From Hyaloraphidium curvatum SAG 235-1 (lineage: Eukaryota > Fungi > Monoblepharomycota): a stretch of 64,000 bases of DNA. Positions within the stretch are counted from its first letter, which is position 1, and every line of letters starts with the position of its first letter. The stretch spans positions 1 through 64,000 of the forward strand of contig JAIVFI010000019.1 in assembly GCA_025558095.1 (NCBI GenBank), read 5' to 3'. Both the position numbers and the translations under genes were made by a program. This document shows, one piece after another, positions 10,996 to 21,254 of the stretch. The notes beneath the pieces were generated by a model. The model did not search any database. It saw only the letters and a list, made by a program, of their open reading frames with translations, and had not been told where the DNA came from.

Positions 10996-12380
10996 TCACC
11001 ACACCTCCCTCCTCCCTCCCTCGGCATCCACCCTCTCCAGCACCCTCGTCCTCCAATCCATCACCACAGTGAGCGCCCTCATCTTCCTCGCCATCTCCGG
11101 CATCGCCTCCCTGATCAGCCTGGCCGCATACTCGCCCGCGAACCGCGCCTTGAGGACTGCCGACGCCCTGTCCACCCCGGGGTCCTCGTACGGGGACGAG
11201 GCGAGGAGGAGGAAGCCGTCGGCGGGGATGCGGCCGGCGGCCATGTTGGAGGCGATGATGCGGGCGGCGGTGAGGATGGGCGGGGCGAGGTCGGGGGAGT
11301 AGGGCCCGACGATGAGGGCGGTGTTGGGCAGCGTGAGCCTGGACGGCGGGGGAGGCGGATCAGCTTCCCTCTCCTTGCGATCAGCAAGTTTGATGCCCAC
11401 CAATCGAAGCCACGGCCGACGCACAGCACCCATTCCCTGTGCTCAATGTCCAGCACCCGCGCGGCCTTCCTCATCGCGGCCACGTGGTCCATGTTGCCCA
11501 GGATCAGCGGCAGCAGGTCGTTCCGCATCTCGTCCGGCATGTCCGGGAACAGCACGTCCAGCCTGTTCCGCAGGTCGCCCCGGTCGGCGTCCGAAAGGTC
11601 CGCGACCGAGAGCACCGCGCCCGTGCTGCTGTGCAGGAGGAGCGCGTCTTCGTCCGTCTCGAGGCCCACGACGAGGGGGAACACGGTGGTCCTGCCAAAG
11701 AGCTCCTCGAACTGGTCCCTGATCCGCAGCGTGTGCTCCTGCGCAGCCGTGGTATCGTAATCGAACCCGGCGCAGCCCCGGTGGTAGTCTCCGCGCGAAA
11801 AGTGGTACGACAGCAGCGCCAGCACCCGCCGGCCCTTCTTGACGGCCTTGGACACGGCGGCGATGAGGATGTCGCAGACGTGCGGCCAGCCGAGGTCGAA
11901 GCGGCCGCCGATGTTGCGGATGGTGCGCACGATGCCGGGCGGGGTGCGGGTGGCCATCTGCCAGTTGAGCCGGCCGTCCATGCACGAGAGGACCAGCACG
12001 CGGGACGGGTAGCGGGAGAAGTAGCGGTCCCGCGCCAGATAGGCTTCAGGGGCCGAGTAGACGTCGGCTTTTTCGCGCGCGAACGAGCGCAGGAACTCGA
12101 TCCGCTCCTCGATGGGGTGGTCGTAAATCTGCGGGCTGAATGCGCGCGGGAGCGGCGCGGCGCCCGGCAGCCCCTTGCGCGGCGACACGGAGACCACGGC
12201 GGGGCCGATGGGCGGCGACGGGAGGTGCGAGTGCAGCGAGGCGCGGCGGGGCTCGACGGCGCAGCAGCCGTCGAGGACGTCGAGCGCGTCGGCCTCCGAG
12301 ACGTCCTCGAGCGGCCGCGTGTCCGGCGCGGGGTGCGCGTCGAGGGCGTCGGCCAGGGAGGGCTCCCGGACGTGCGGCAT
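10996..12380 (-). CDS. Beta-carbonic anhydrase of carboxysome-shell (CsoSCA-like) type, ~440 aa
   Basis: Zn ligand motifs LSCMDGRL and YHFSRGDYHRGCAGF, plus RNIGG, GLETDEDAL and IEHREWVLCVGRGFDW. One intron 11339-11400; spliced length 1323 nt. Confidence 0.82.
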
Positions 12381-12817
12381 TTTGGCGCCCGCGGGAACGG
12401 AATGCCGGGTAACGAGGGGAAAGGGAGCGTGGCGGAGACGAGTCACGCGGGGATTGGCATTTTGGAGACCCGGGGATTCCCGGGATTCCGCGTGCAATCA
12501 GCACCACACTCCAGTCGGTCCACAAGGCGCAAAAATCCACCAGTGCTATGCTTTCGACGCGGACGTCCGATTTGCATCGATCGTGCTGCCGGGAGCCCGG
12601 GATGGACCGTCTTCAACGCGTCAGCCCGAGTGGTGTTGCGTCGGGTGCTGTACATAGCCATCACATTCCAATACGTAGCGTTATGGCGTAAGAAGCCGAC
12701 CCGCAAATGATCGTGCCAACTTCCCTGTCCACGACGTCCTCGCCCTGCACGTTCGGCCGTCCCCCGGCCGCTCCGCTTCCGATCCGATATCTACTTTGCT
12801 CCGGCCAACTCAGTGGA

Positions 12818-13798
12818 TCACTCGTTGTAGATCTGCACCTTGATGGCCCCCGACTTGCGGTCCCGCGCAGCCTCGAACGCTTTGGCCGCCTCCCGGAGCG
12901 GGAACCTGTGCGTCACGACCGCCTCGGCCAGCTTGGGCCCCATCCCGCCGATCATCCCCGCCGCCTCCTTGAAGGCGTCAGGGGTGTATGCCACCGAGCT
13001 GACGAACCGCAGCTCCTTCAAAAAGAACGCCGGGCCGACCTGCACGGGCACCGCCAGCCCGCCGAGCTCCACGATCGTCCCGCCGGGGCGGGCGGCCGCG
13101 ACGCAGGCGTCGAGTGCTTCCTGGCTGTGCCCGACGCAATCGAACACGAACTCTGCCGAGCCCGCCTCGGCCTCGGCGACGGGCTTCCCGCCGAGCTTGG
13201 CGGCGGCGGCGGCCTGGTGCGGGTGGCGGGCGACCACCGCCGCCGCGATGCCCCTCTGCGCGAGGACGGCGACAACCATCAGGCCGATAGTGCCGGCGCC
13301 GTAGACGCAGCATGGTGTGTCCTTGTCTAGCCCCTTGGCCAGATTCACGCCGTGCAGAGCGACGGCGAGCGGCTCCACCAGCGCCACGTGAGAGGGATCG
13401 GTGCCTTCTGGGACGGCCGCGAGGCGGTCTTTCCCGACGACGCACACCTCCGCGAGCCCACCCGGGTTGAAGCTCAGCCCAATCGCGTCGCCGAACGCGT
13501 CGGCGCACGCGTTCCCGCGCCCGCCGCCGCACTCGCGGCACGACCAGCACGCGCCGGTGGGCCGCACCGCGTAGAGCTTCCCGTCGGGGCCGTACCCGCC
13601 GAACTCGTGGCCGGGGATCGCGCCCTCGGGGTCCCAGAAGGCACTGAACTTGCCATCGAGGAAGCTAAGGTCGGAGCCGCAGATGCCGCCCGCCGTGACG
13701 CGGACGGCGACGCGGTCGGCGTCGTCGCCGGTGGGGCGGGGCACGGCCTCGAGGAAAACCTGGCCCGCGTGGAAGACGACTGCGTTCATCGTCGCCAT
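12818..13798 (-). CDS. Zinc-dependent medium-chain dehydrogenase (threonine/sorbitol dehydrogenase-like), intronless
   Basis: GICGSD, PGHE, structural Zn CWSCRECGGGRGNAC, LVEPLAVALHGV, Rossmann GAGTIG, VTHRFPL. Confidence 0.92.
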   Translation of the reverse strand: MATMNAVVFHAGQVFLEAVPRPTGDDADRVAVRVTAGGICGSDLSFLDGKFSAFWDPEGAIPGHEFGGYGPDGKLYAVRPTGACWSCRECGGGRGNACADAFGDAIGLSFNPGGLAEVCVVGKDRLAAVPEGTDPSHVALVEPLAVALHGVNLAKGLDKDTPCCVYGAGTIGLMVVAVLAQRGIAAAVVARHPHQAAAAAKLGGKPVAEAEAGSAEFVFDCVGHSQEALDACVAAARPGGTIVELGGLAVPVQVGPAFFLKELRFVSSVAYTPDAFKEAAGMIGGMGPKLAEAVVTHRFPLREAAKAFEAARDRKSGAIKVQIYNE

Positions 13799-14328
13799 GG
13801 CGGGGAGCTCTCGGTGGGCGTTGGGGGGCAGAATTGCTGGAGAAGCGTGGAAGGGCTGGTGAGCTTCCACGGGCCACAGACCCCGTCCCGAACTAGGACG
13901 TGGCTAAAAGTGCCTCCCGCATACGCATCAGCAACAGAATTGCAGATCGACCAGACGATGCCGCCGGACAAGCTCCCTTCCACTCCGGACGCAAGTCGGG
14001 ACCGGAGGGAGGACCGACGAGCTGTCATCCTTCGCGCATGCGTCGCAAAGGGTCTGCTTTCTACGCCGGGTGATGTCCATCTTCTCTCTCCTGTTGATGT
14101 AATGGACGAAGTGGGTGCAGGGTGGTCAGCAGCGGACGACCACGGAGCGTAGAATGATAGCCTTCCCTACTGGCCGCCCGATCGCCACCTTCCGATTGAA
14201 AGTTGGACGAGCTGACGAACCCAAAACATCGTCATCCGTGGATCGCGACACGTGGAGCGGGGACAGCTAGATAGACGCACATCAAGCAAGCCGTCAAGGC
14301 TAGAAACTTCAAACAAATAGCACGTCAG

Positions 14329-16257
14329 CTACACGTAGCCCAAGGAGAAGGAAGCCACTCCGCCGTAGATCGTGTCCACGTCTCGCTCGGCGACGTCCGC
14401 ACCCGCACCGTCCCGGTCACACCCGTTGCCCTCCCTGATTGCCAGCCATGGCGACACCCCGCAGCGCCACGCCGACACCTCCGCCGCCACGCTGCGCACA
14501 GAGTCGACGAGAAAGGAATATTTGCTGACGTGGGTGGTCGCCAGCAGCTTGAGCGCGCGGTTGGCGTACGCCACCCCGGCCTCGGGGCCGAACCCCACCC
14601 TCGCCTCGAACGAGCCGGTACGAACGGCGAGGCGGGCGCGGGCGAGCCGGTACTGCGCGGCGAAAATGACGAGGGAGGTGAGGTAAGCCCCCTCGGGAGA
14701 GGCGAAGAACCAGGGTTCCGGATCGTGCAGGTCCGCGAGCGACGCCGCGACCGCAAGGCATGCTTGGTCCGCGGGGGAACCCGGCGGCGGGCCGAGCTGC
14801 TGCAGGCCGCGCTCGAGGAGCGCCGGGAAGCGGAAAACGGGGAACTGAGGGCGGCCTCGGACGTAGCGCCCGGGGTCGCTGCCGACGGAGAGCTGGGCCC
14901 CGGTGCGCGAGGTCAGGGCAAGAAGGATGGCACCGCTGAGGAGCTTGAGCGCCATATAGGTCCTCGGGGTCCGGGGGAGGGAAGAGACGACGCGATGGAG
15001 CAGTGCGGCGTGCGGGGCGACCGTGGCGCCGAAGGGGAGTCTGGGATCAGGGTCGGGTTGGCCCAACGCGCGGCACAGGATGTTGTACACGACCACGGGG
15101 CGGAAATCCTCGTGTATCTGAAGCCATAAACTGCGAAGGAGAACGTCATCGTTGGTGGCTAGAGCAGCAAAAACGTCGGAATAGCGAGGCCCGTCCAAGC
15201 CCAGCACGGCAAAAGCCGGGGCGGGGTCCGCCCGCAGCGCGTGCGGCAGCGCGAGAGCGGGCGGATGGTTACAGTCCATCGCCTCGGCACGGTCAAGGCA
15301 ATGTAGAAGGACCCAGACCCTGCGCCACCCTCGAGCACTACCCGGGGCGGCCTCGCCCCATCCCGGGGATCCGTCCTCGACCGGCATCCCGGCCAAGAGG
15401 GCACATGCCGAGTAGACGTACCGTTCAGCCGCGGCCGTGACAACCAGATGGACTTCACGAACAAGACGCTGAGTCTCGCGGGGAGAAAGGCCCGCCGACG
15501 CGGCCCAGCGCGCAGCCGAGGCCAATATCCCTGACGTGAGGTTGCCGCAATACGCCAGACACAGAGCCTGCATGGTGTACATCATCGACAAGGAGTCCGC
15601 CGGCGGCCTGCCGAGCTCCGCTGTCAGGGCCGCATCCAGCGGCGAAAACAAGAAGTCTGGCCATCCGAGCGCTTTGGACTCCGGCTGCGGCCAGCCCGGC
15701 AACCGGCCGGCCACGCAGTACAGCATGGCGCACTGGAGCAGGGGCGTCAGCAATGCGAACCCTCCGGGGGTGAAGATGGCAGGGTCGGGGCCGAGCACGG
15801 GGACAACCGGCTGAATGTGTTGTCGGAAGGCCGCAAGGAGGGGGCCGAGCAGCGCGGGCGGGACGGCCGCGACAGCGGCCGCAGCGGCGTCCATTCCGTT
15901 TGCAGGGTCCACGGCCGGCCACGGCGGTGCCGGTGGGGCGGCAGGCTCCCACCACGCCGGCATCCCCGCGGGGAAGCACGCGGTCGGGCTCGCGCTCGCG
16001 GGGTCCGAGCGCCCACTGCCCGACCCGTCCGGAGGGCTCCCGCCCGCCGCGTTCGCAGACTGGCGCCGCCGCGGGACGCCCGGCGTCCCTTTCGGGGGCC
16101 CCGGGACGCCGCGGGCCGAGAACACGCACACCTTGCCGTGCCGCCGGCAGAGGTCGCAAGCCCCGGCCGTCGGTCCCCCGGCGACGCAGCGTTTTCTGCG
16201 CCGAACGCACTCGTCGCAGGTCTGCCGCGGAACGGCCCCGGCGCCGTGGTCCGCCAT
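14329..16257 (-). CDS. Zn(II)2Cys6 transcription factor, intronless, ~642 aa
   Basis: CDECVRRRKRC-x8-CDLCRRHGKVC, followed by an MHR-like region (FRQHIQPVVPVL...WRRVWVLLHCLDR). Confidence 0.88.
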   Translation of the reverse strand: MADHGAGAVPRQTCDECVRRRKRCVAGGPTAGACDLCRRHGKVCVFSARGVPGPPKGTPGVPRRRQSANAAGGSPPDGSGSGRSDPASASPTACFPAGMPAWWEPAAPPAPPWPAVDPANGMDAAAAAVAAVPPALLGPLLAAFRQHIQPVVPVLGPDPAIFTPGGFALLTPLLQCAMLYCVAGRLPGWPQPESKALGWPDFLFSPLDAALTAELGRPPADSLSMMYTMQALCLAYCGNLTSGILASAARWAASAGLSPRETQRLVREVHLVVTAAAERYVYSACALLAGMPVEDGSPGWGEAAPGSARGWRRVWVLLHCLDRAEAMDCNHPPALALPHALRADPAPAFAVLGLDGPRYSDVFAALATNDDVLLRSLWLQIHEDFRPVVVYNILCRALGQPDPDPRLPFGATVAPHAALLHRVVSSLPRTPRTYMALKLLSGAILLALTSRTGAQLSVGSDPGRYVRGRPQFPVFRFPALLERGLQQLGPPPGSPADQACLAVAASLADLHDPEPWFFASPEGAYLTSLVIFAAQYRLARARLAVRTGSFEARVGFGPEAGVAYANRALKLLATTHVSKYSFLVDSVRSVAAEVSAWRCGVSPWLAIREGNGCDRDGAGADVAERDVDTIYGGVASFSLGYV

Positions 16258-17005
16258 CGAGATTGGACCGCGGCGAAGCAATCCCCTTGATGCAACCTTG
16301 ATGCCTTCCGCACGTCGAATCTTCGACCGCATCGTCTGAGCATGCCGTGAACTCGGTCCGTCGGGAAGAGGACGTGGCGGTTAGGTGCCTTGGACGTTTG
16401 CGACGTCCATCGCGAACGCCTCCCAAGCTCGTCGCTGCCGCATCCCCTTCGATCCACGCATCCATATCCGAGCATTCCCAGCGAAACATCGCAAGTGATC
16501 CGAGTCGGGACTGTTGCTTTTTTTGTATTCTTTCGCTGTAGCCCGGCAGCAGGAACGCAGAGCACTCCGGACCTCGATTGGGAACGTTTCCCGGTCCGCC
16601 CCCCGCCTCCTGTCTGCTGAATCCCGTCCTCTTCCCTGCCGCACCTCCCGCTCCCGGAATGCCCCCACTTGTGCAGTTCCGAAGCTTCAGTTGCCGCCCG
16701 CGGCAGCGACGCCTCCAGCTGCCCCATCCTCCTCCTCAACCCCTCCTTCTCCCCCTCCGGCTCCCTCAGACCACCCCATGTTCTCCCATCCTCCTCTCTT
16801 GGCACCACAGTTTGCCCGACGGGGGTATGGTTGACGCGCTGCTGCCTCTGCGTCGCAAAAGAGGAGGTGGGAGGCTGGAGAGGCCCGCGGAGGCGAACGG
16901 CAAATCAGAATCGGAAAACGAATCTGTCGGCGCGGTGGCACCGCTCGGCATCGGCGGAATTGGCCCAGGAGTGTCGCAGTTGCCCACAGGGCAAGTGCGG
17001 CGCGG

Positions 17006-17551
17006 CTAGCCCGCCGCGACCGGACGTTCCAGCACGTAGACGAACTCGGTGCAGCGCTCGCCCTTGAAGTCACCCTCGCGCGTCCCGGATAGCCGGAACC
17101 CGAGGCGTTCCAAAAGGCGGATCGAGGGCGCGTTGCGCGCGTCCGCCGCGGCGCGGACGCGTTCCGCAGGCGTCCGTTCCCACAGCAGGTCGAGCACGGC
17201 CTCCATCGCGGCCGTCGCGAGGCCGCGGCCCTGAGCGCCGCGTGCGAGGGTGATCCCGACCTCGGCATCGCGGCCGTCCGGCGAAACGAACACGCCGACG
17301 TCGCCGACAAGGTGCCCCGAAGACGCGTCCGCGACGGCCAACTGCATCCAATCCCCGCGCGGCAGCAACGGCACCGCCGCCATCCTGTCGAGGAACGCGA
17401 GCGCCTCGTCGTCGCTCGTTGCCGACCAGCCCTGGTACCGCGCGAGCTCCGGGTCGCCGCGCACGGCCTGGAACGCGGCCAGGTCGTCCGCGGTCAGGCG
17501 CCGCAGGAGCGCGTCGCGGCACCGGCGGGGAAGGGCGCCGCCCTCGTCCAT
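17006..17551 (-). CDS. GNAT N-acetyltransferase, RimJ/RimL type, intronless
   Basis: LRRLTADDL...AEVGITLARGAQGRGLATAA...DARNAPSIRLLERLGFRLSG: acetyl-CoA binding QGRGLA and NxxSxxLLxxLGF motifs. Confidence 0.9.
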   Translation of the reverse strand: MDEGGALPRRCRDALLRRLTADDLAAFQAVRGDPELARYQGWSATSDDEALAFLDRMAAVPLLPRGDWMQLAVADASSGHLVGDVGVFVSPDGRDAEVGITLARGAQGRGLATAAMEAVLDLLWERTPAERVRAAADARNAPSIRLLERLGFRLSGTREGDFKGERCTEFVYVLERPVAAG

Positions 17552-17725
17552 CGCGGAATTGGTACTGAGATTCGGACAGAGCGCCGCAAGTGTTCTCGAG
17601 CCGAGCGTTGAGAATTGGAGATACCCGCGCTAAGCTGCCAATGTGGCAGGAGACCGCCGCGCGTCAAAAGGTGAACGTGCTCAATCGCGCAGTTCCGATA
17701 CTACGCCTTTCTGGTGGCTCTCGCG

Positions 17726-19388
17726 ATGAACGACACCGAAAGTAACCCCGCCGCCGCCGCCGAAACCGATGGCGGGGCGCGGGGAGCCCCAGCCTCGTCT
17801 GCCTCCCAAGACGCGGCCGGCGCACGGGACACCGACTTCACGCCCGAAGAATGGGCGTGCCTCTTTCCCGGCGGGACTCAGCCGTTCCGACCACTCCTGC
17901 CCGACGAGGAATCCGGGGATTCGGGGCGCGAACCCGCCGAAGAGTTCCGCAAGGCGCACCCCGTGACGGTCGAAACCATGCTGGCGGAGTTCGACGACCC
18001 GGTTCTCCGTTTCTTTGCCTTCCTCGGAGCCTCCCGGAGCGCGAGCTTCCTAGGGTGGAGGAACGCGGCGCAGATGGCCCTATCGTACACCATGGCGTTG
18101 GCCTTCCTAGCGCTGGCCTGGACGTGGAACGACGGCCGCTTCGGGACCAAGGAGATGGCAGCGGGCATAGCTTCCCTGGCGCTCATTTCTCTCGCGGCTA
18201 CTTGCACTGTCGTGCTCGTTGCGGTCGGCATGCCGAGGGTGCCAAAGGTGCTGGATTTCGCCCCACCGGCTGTACTCTGCAGGTGGCTGCAGCTGGCGAG
18301 GGAATCGGACCGGGGATTGCGGAAGCCCGGCGATCCGCCCGGAGGAGCACACCGTCTCGTCGGACACGAAGAGGGCGACCGGTTCTGCCCTTGTCCCGCC
18401 TGCGTCGGCAGTGTGCAGCGGCTTGCGGCCGGCATGACCTTCCTGGACGTCGTTCCCCTTTTCCTGATGCTTTTTTGTTCCCGGTGGACCGCAGGGTGGA
18501 CCACTTCGGTAACGTTTGGTTCCAGACTGTGGTCCACATGGTGGGGCCGCGTTCTCGGAGCAGTTTACAGTTGGTGGCCGATCGAATTGTCTTGGTAGCG
18601 CAGAAGTGCTTACCGACTCGCCTTGCGTCTGCAGTCTGTGGCGCTCTGGCTTCTTTCATGAACTCCTGCTCGCGGTTCGTCGGCGTGACCAACGCGGCGT
18701 ATGCCAAGCTCGAAGCGAGGCTGCACCACCGGGCCGTCGCGCTCTCGATGAGAGCGATGCTGCGATCCGTGCTCGGCGGCCGCCCGGTCGGCCAGGGCCC
18801 GTGGCTGTACGTGCGACTGCACCGCAGCTTCGCGTCTTGGTGCAAGATGCGTGAGATGCAGGACCAAACTTTGCTCAGCAACGCCGTGTTCGTCATAATA
18901 TTTCCGCTGACGGTCATCGCCATCATTGTTAATGTTGTAAGTAAGCCCGCGGACGGAGGATCGGGCATCTCGCGTGCTGACGCCGCTGCCGTCGCCAGGG
19001 CGCTGGGTCCTGCATCCCAGCGTGGCTCCTGTTCGGCGTCTGCCAGTTCATAGTGTACATGATCGTCAACACCGTCAACCTTGCCTCGCGCAACAACCTC
19101 ATCTCCGTCGTCGCATCGGCGTACCACGACGCCCAGCGGGACCTCCGGACCGCATGCCTCAGGCTCGGGCCGACCCCGCTCGCCGCCGCGCTGGAGCAGC
19201 ACGACCGGGTCATCGGCTCGTTTCTCGAGGTGTCGCGGTACAGCGCCAAGATCCTGGGGTTCACCGTCACGTACGGCGGTGTGCGAACGATGCTCGTGAC
19301 ACTGGTCACCCTCACGGTGGCCCTGTGGAGCGTGTTCCGGTCCCTGGGAGTGTTCTTCACCTTGGAGAGCTTCTGTCCCGTTGTGTAA
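17726..19388 (+). CDS. 7-TM membrane protein, gustatory-receptor/DUF3537-like family, copy 1 (511 aa)
   Basis: Introns 18570-18634 and 18937-18998 give an open 1536-nt CDS with seven hydrophobic segments. C-terminus SFLEVSRYSAKILGFTVTYGGVRTMLVTLVTLTVALWSVFRSLGVFFTLESFCPVV; paralogous to 27031 and 55099. Confidence 0.75.
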
Positions 19389-19764
19389 TGGGGGTTGAGC
19401 CCGCGAATGGAAGATAGCCTGCTCGTTATCCGAGCTCGAGGCTTCGAAGGCCAGTTGGCGACAATGGGTGGCGGCACGGCAGGAACCAGAATCGTCGCTG
19501 GCGTGGGTTGGGATCGCCCTCACCGTCGCGGTCCCGGCGGTCTCGGAGTCCCATTTCCTCGCTCCGTTTCCATTCGGGCACGGAAGTAAGACGAAAGAAC
19601 TGCATTCACCATTGTCGAAGACATCGAACGCTTTTTCACCAGCTGGCTCCAACTTTTTCGCGCGCCCGGCGCAAGACGTCTCCCGCGTTCACCTCCATCC
19701 GTTCCTGCCCGCCCGTCCCGCCCCCCCGGGATCGCCCCCATAACATCACCCTCCGCAAAGGGCT

Positions 19765-21254
19765 TCACGACCGGCCCCCCATCAGCAGCGCCTCCAGCTC
19801 CCCCACCCTCCCCCTCAGCATCTCGTTCTCCCCCTCCAGCTCCGCCACCCTCCCCTCGAGCCACCCGACGTGCTCCCTGCGCCTCTCCCTGCTCCTGCGC
19901 GCGGCGGCGGTGTTGCGCGAGCGCTTGGAGAGGATGTGCTCGACGCACTGCTGCCTCTGCTGCGGGGACAGCGAGGCGGGGGGGAGGGAGAAGAGGAGGT
20001 GCGAGGCGGTGGAGAGGACCTTGGGGGCGATCTGGTCCTCCGCCGAGGCGGGGCCGCGGGGCTTGCCGCCGGCGGGCTTGCGGGCGCGCTTCCTGCGCGG
20101 CCCGGCGTCCGAGTCCGAGTCCGGGTCGGAGGAAGGGGTGGGCGAGCGCGCGGGGCGGCGGCTGGCCTTGCGCTTCGGGCGTCTGGCGGAGGGGCCGGAG
20201 GAGGGGGGGGCGGGGGATTCGGGGGAGGAGAGGGCGTCCATGTCGTCGTCCTGGTCGGCGGGGGTGTCGGGGGCCTGGGAGGCGAAGCCGAGGAGGATGG
20301 GGGCGACGGAACCGCCGCTGTGGTCGCTGCGCGGGGTGGAGATCTTGGGCGTGCCCTGCGCGTTGCTGTCGGCGGGGGAGTCGGGCTGCGGGGGGCCCGG
20401 GTAGGGAGCGGAGAATGCCGAGGCGGAGAAGGCCGAGGCGGGGAAGAGCCACGCGGCGCCCTTGAACGCCGAGGGGTCGAAGGTGGCTTCGCCGACGAGG
20501 CGCGAGTCCGAGACGGCGCGCGGGACGCCAAAGTCCGGCGCGATGCCGAAGGCCGGCTGCACGGGGGCGACGGCGTCGAGCGAGCGCGCGGCGCGGGTGC
20601 GGAAGCTGGCGCCCTGCTGCGCGTCGAACGGCAGGCCGGCGGCAAAGGGCAGCGGCATGCCGGCCAGCGGGGGGAAGAGGGGGACGGAGGCGGCGTAGGG
20701 CTCGGCAAAGGCGATGGTGCCCGAGGGGACGAAGCCTGCCGGGGGGCGGGGGACACGTCATGTCAGCGGGTGCCGGAGAAAAGCCAATAGGGGGCCTTTG
20801 ACCCACCGGAGTCCATTGTGTCGCTGCGCACGTGCATGCCGGGCTCCGTGAAGGGCGGCAGGCGGGCGTCTGCGCGGAAGAGCGGGTCGATGAAGTCGTC
20901 GTTTGCGCCGGCGGGGTCGTCGCAGTAGTCGACGAACAGCTCGGTGGAGGCGAGGCGGAAGGGCGCCAGTGAGTCTGCGCGGAAGGAGGGCGCGGCGGAG
21001 GCGGCGGGGGCGTCGGGGAGGGCGGGCGGGCGGGGGGCGTCGGCGAGGTGTGCGGCGGCGGCCCCCCCCGCCGGCGGCGGCGCGGCGGGCTCGGCAATCC
21101 CCGGCGCGGGCGCGGGCATCCCGGCGGAGTGCGGCTCGGCGGCGTGCGCGGCGGGGGGCGTCCCGGCGGCCGGGGCGGAGTGGGCGACTTGGCGGGCGGC
21201 GGGGCGGCGGGCGGCGCGGGGCGGCGGCGGCGGCGCCATCGCGGCGGCGAGCAT
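19765..21254 (-). CDS. bZIP transcription factor, Gcn4/CpcA-like, ~472 aa
   Basis: C-terminal basic region KRSRNTAAARRSRERR plus zipper VGWLEGRVAELEGENEMLRGRVGELEALL; intron 20736-20806. Confidence 0.85.

Noticed and set aside
10996-12380. Bacterial contamination or a carboxysome operon
   Set aside because: The gene has a canonical spliceosomal intron and fungal neighbours, with no shell-protein or RuBisCO genes.
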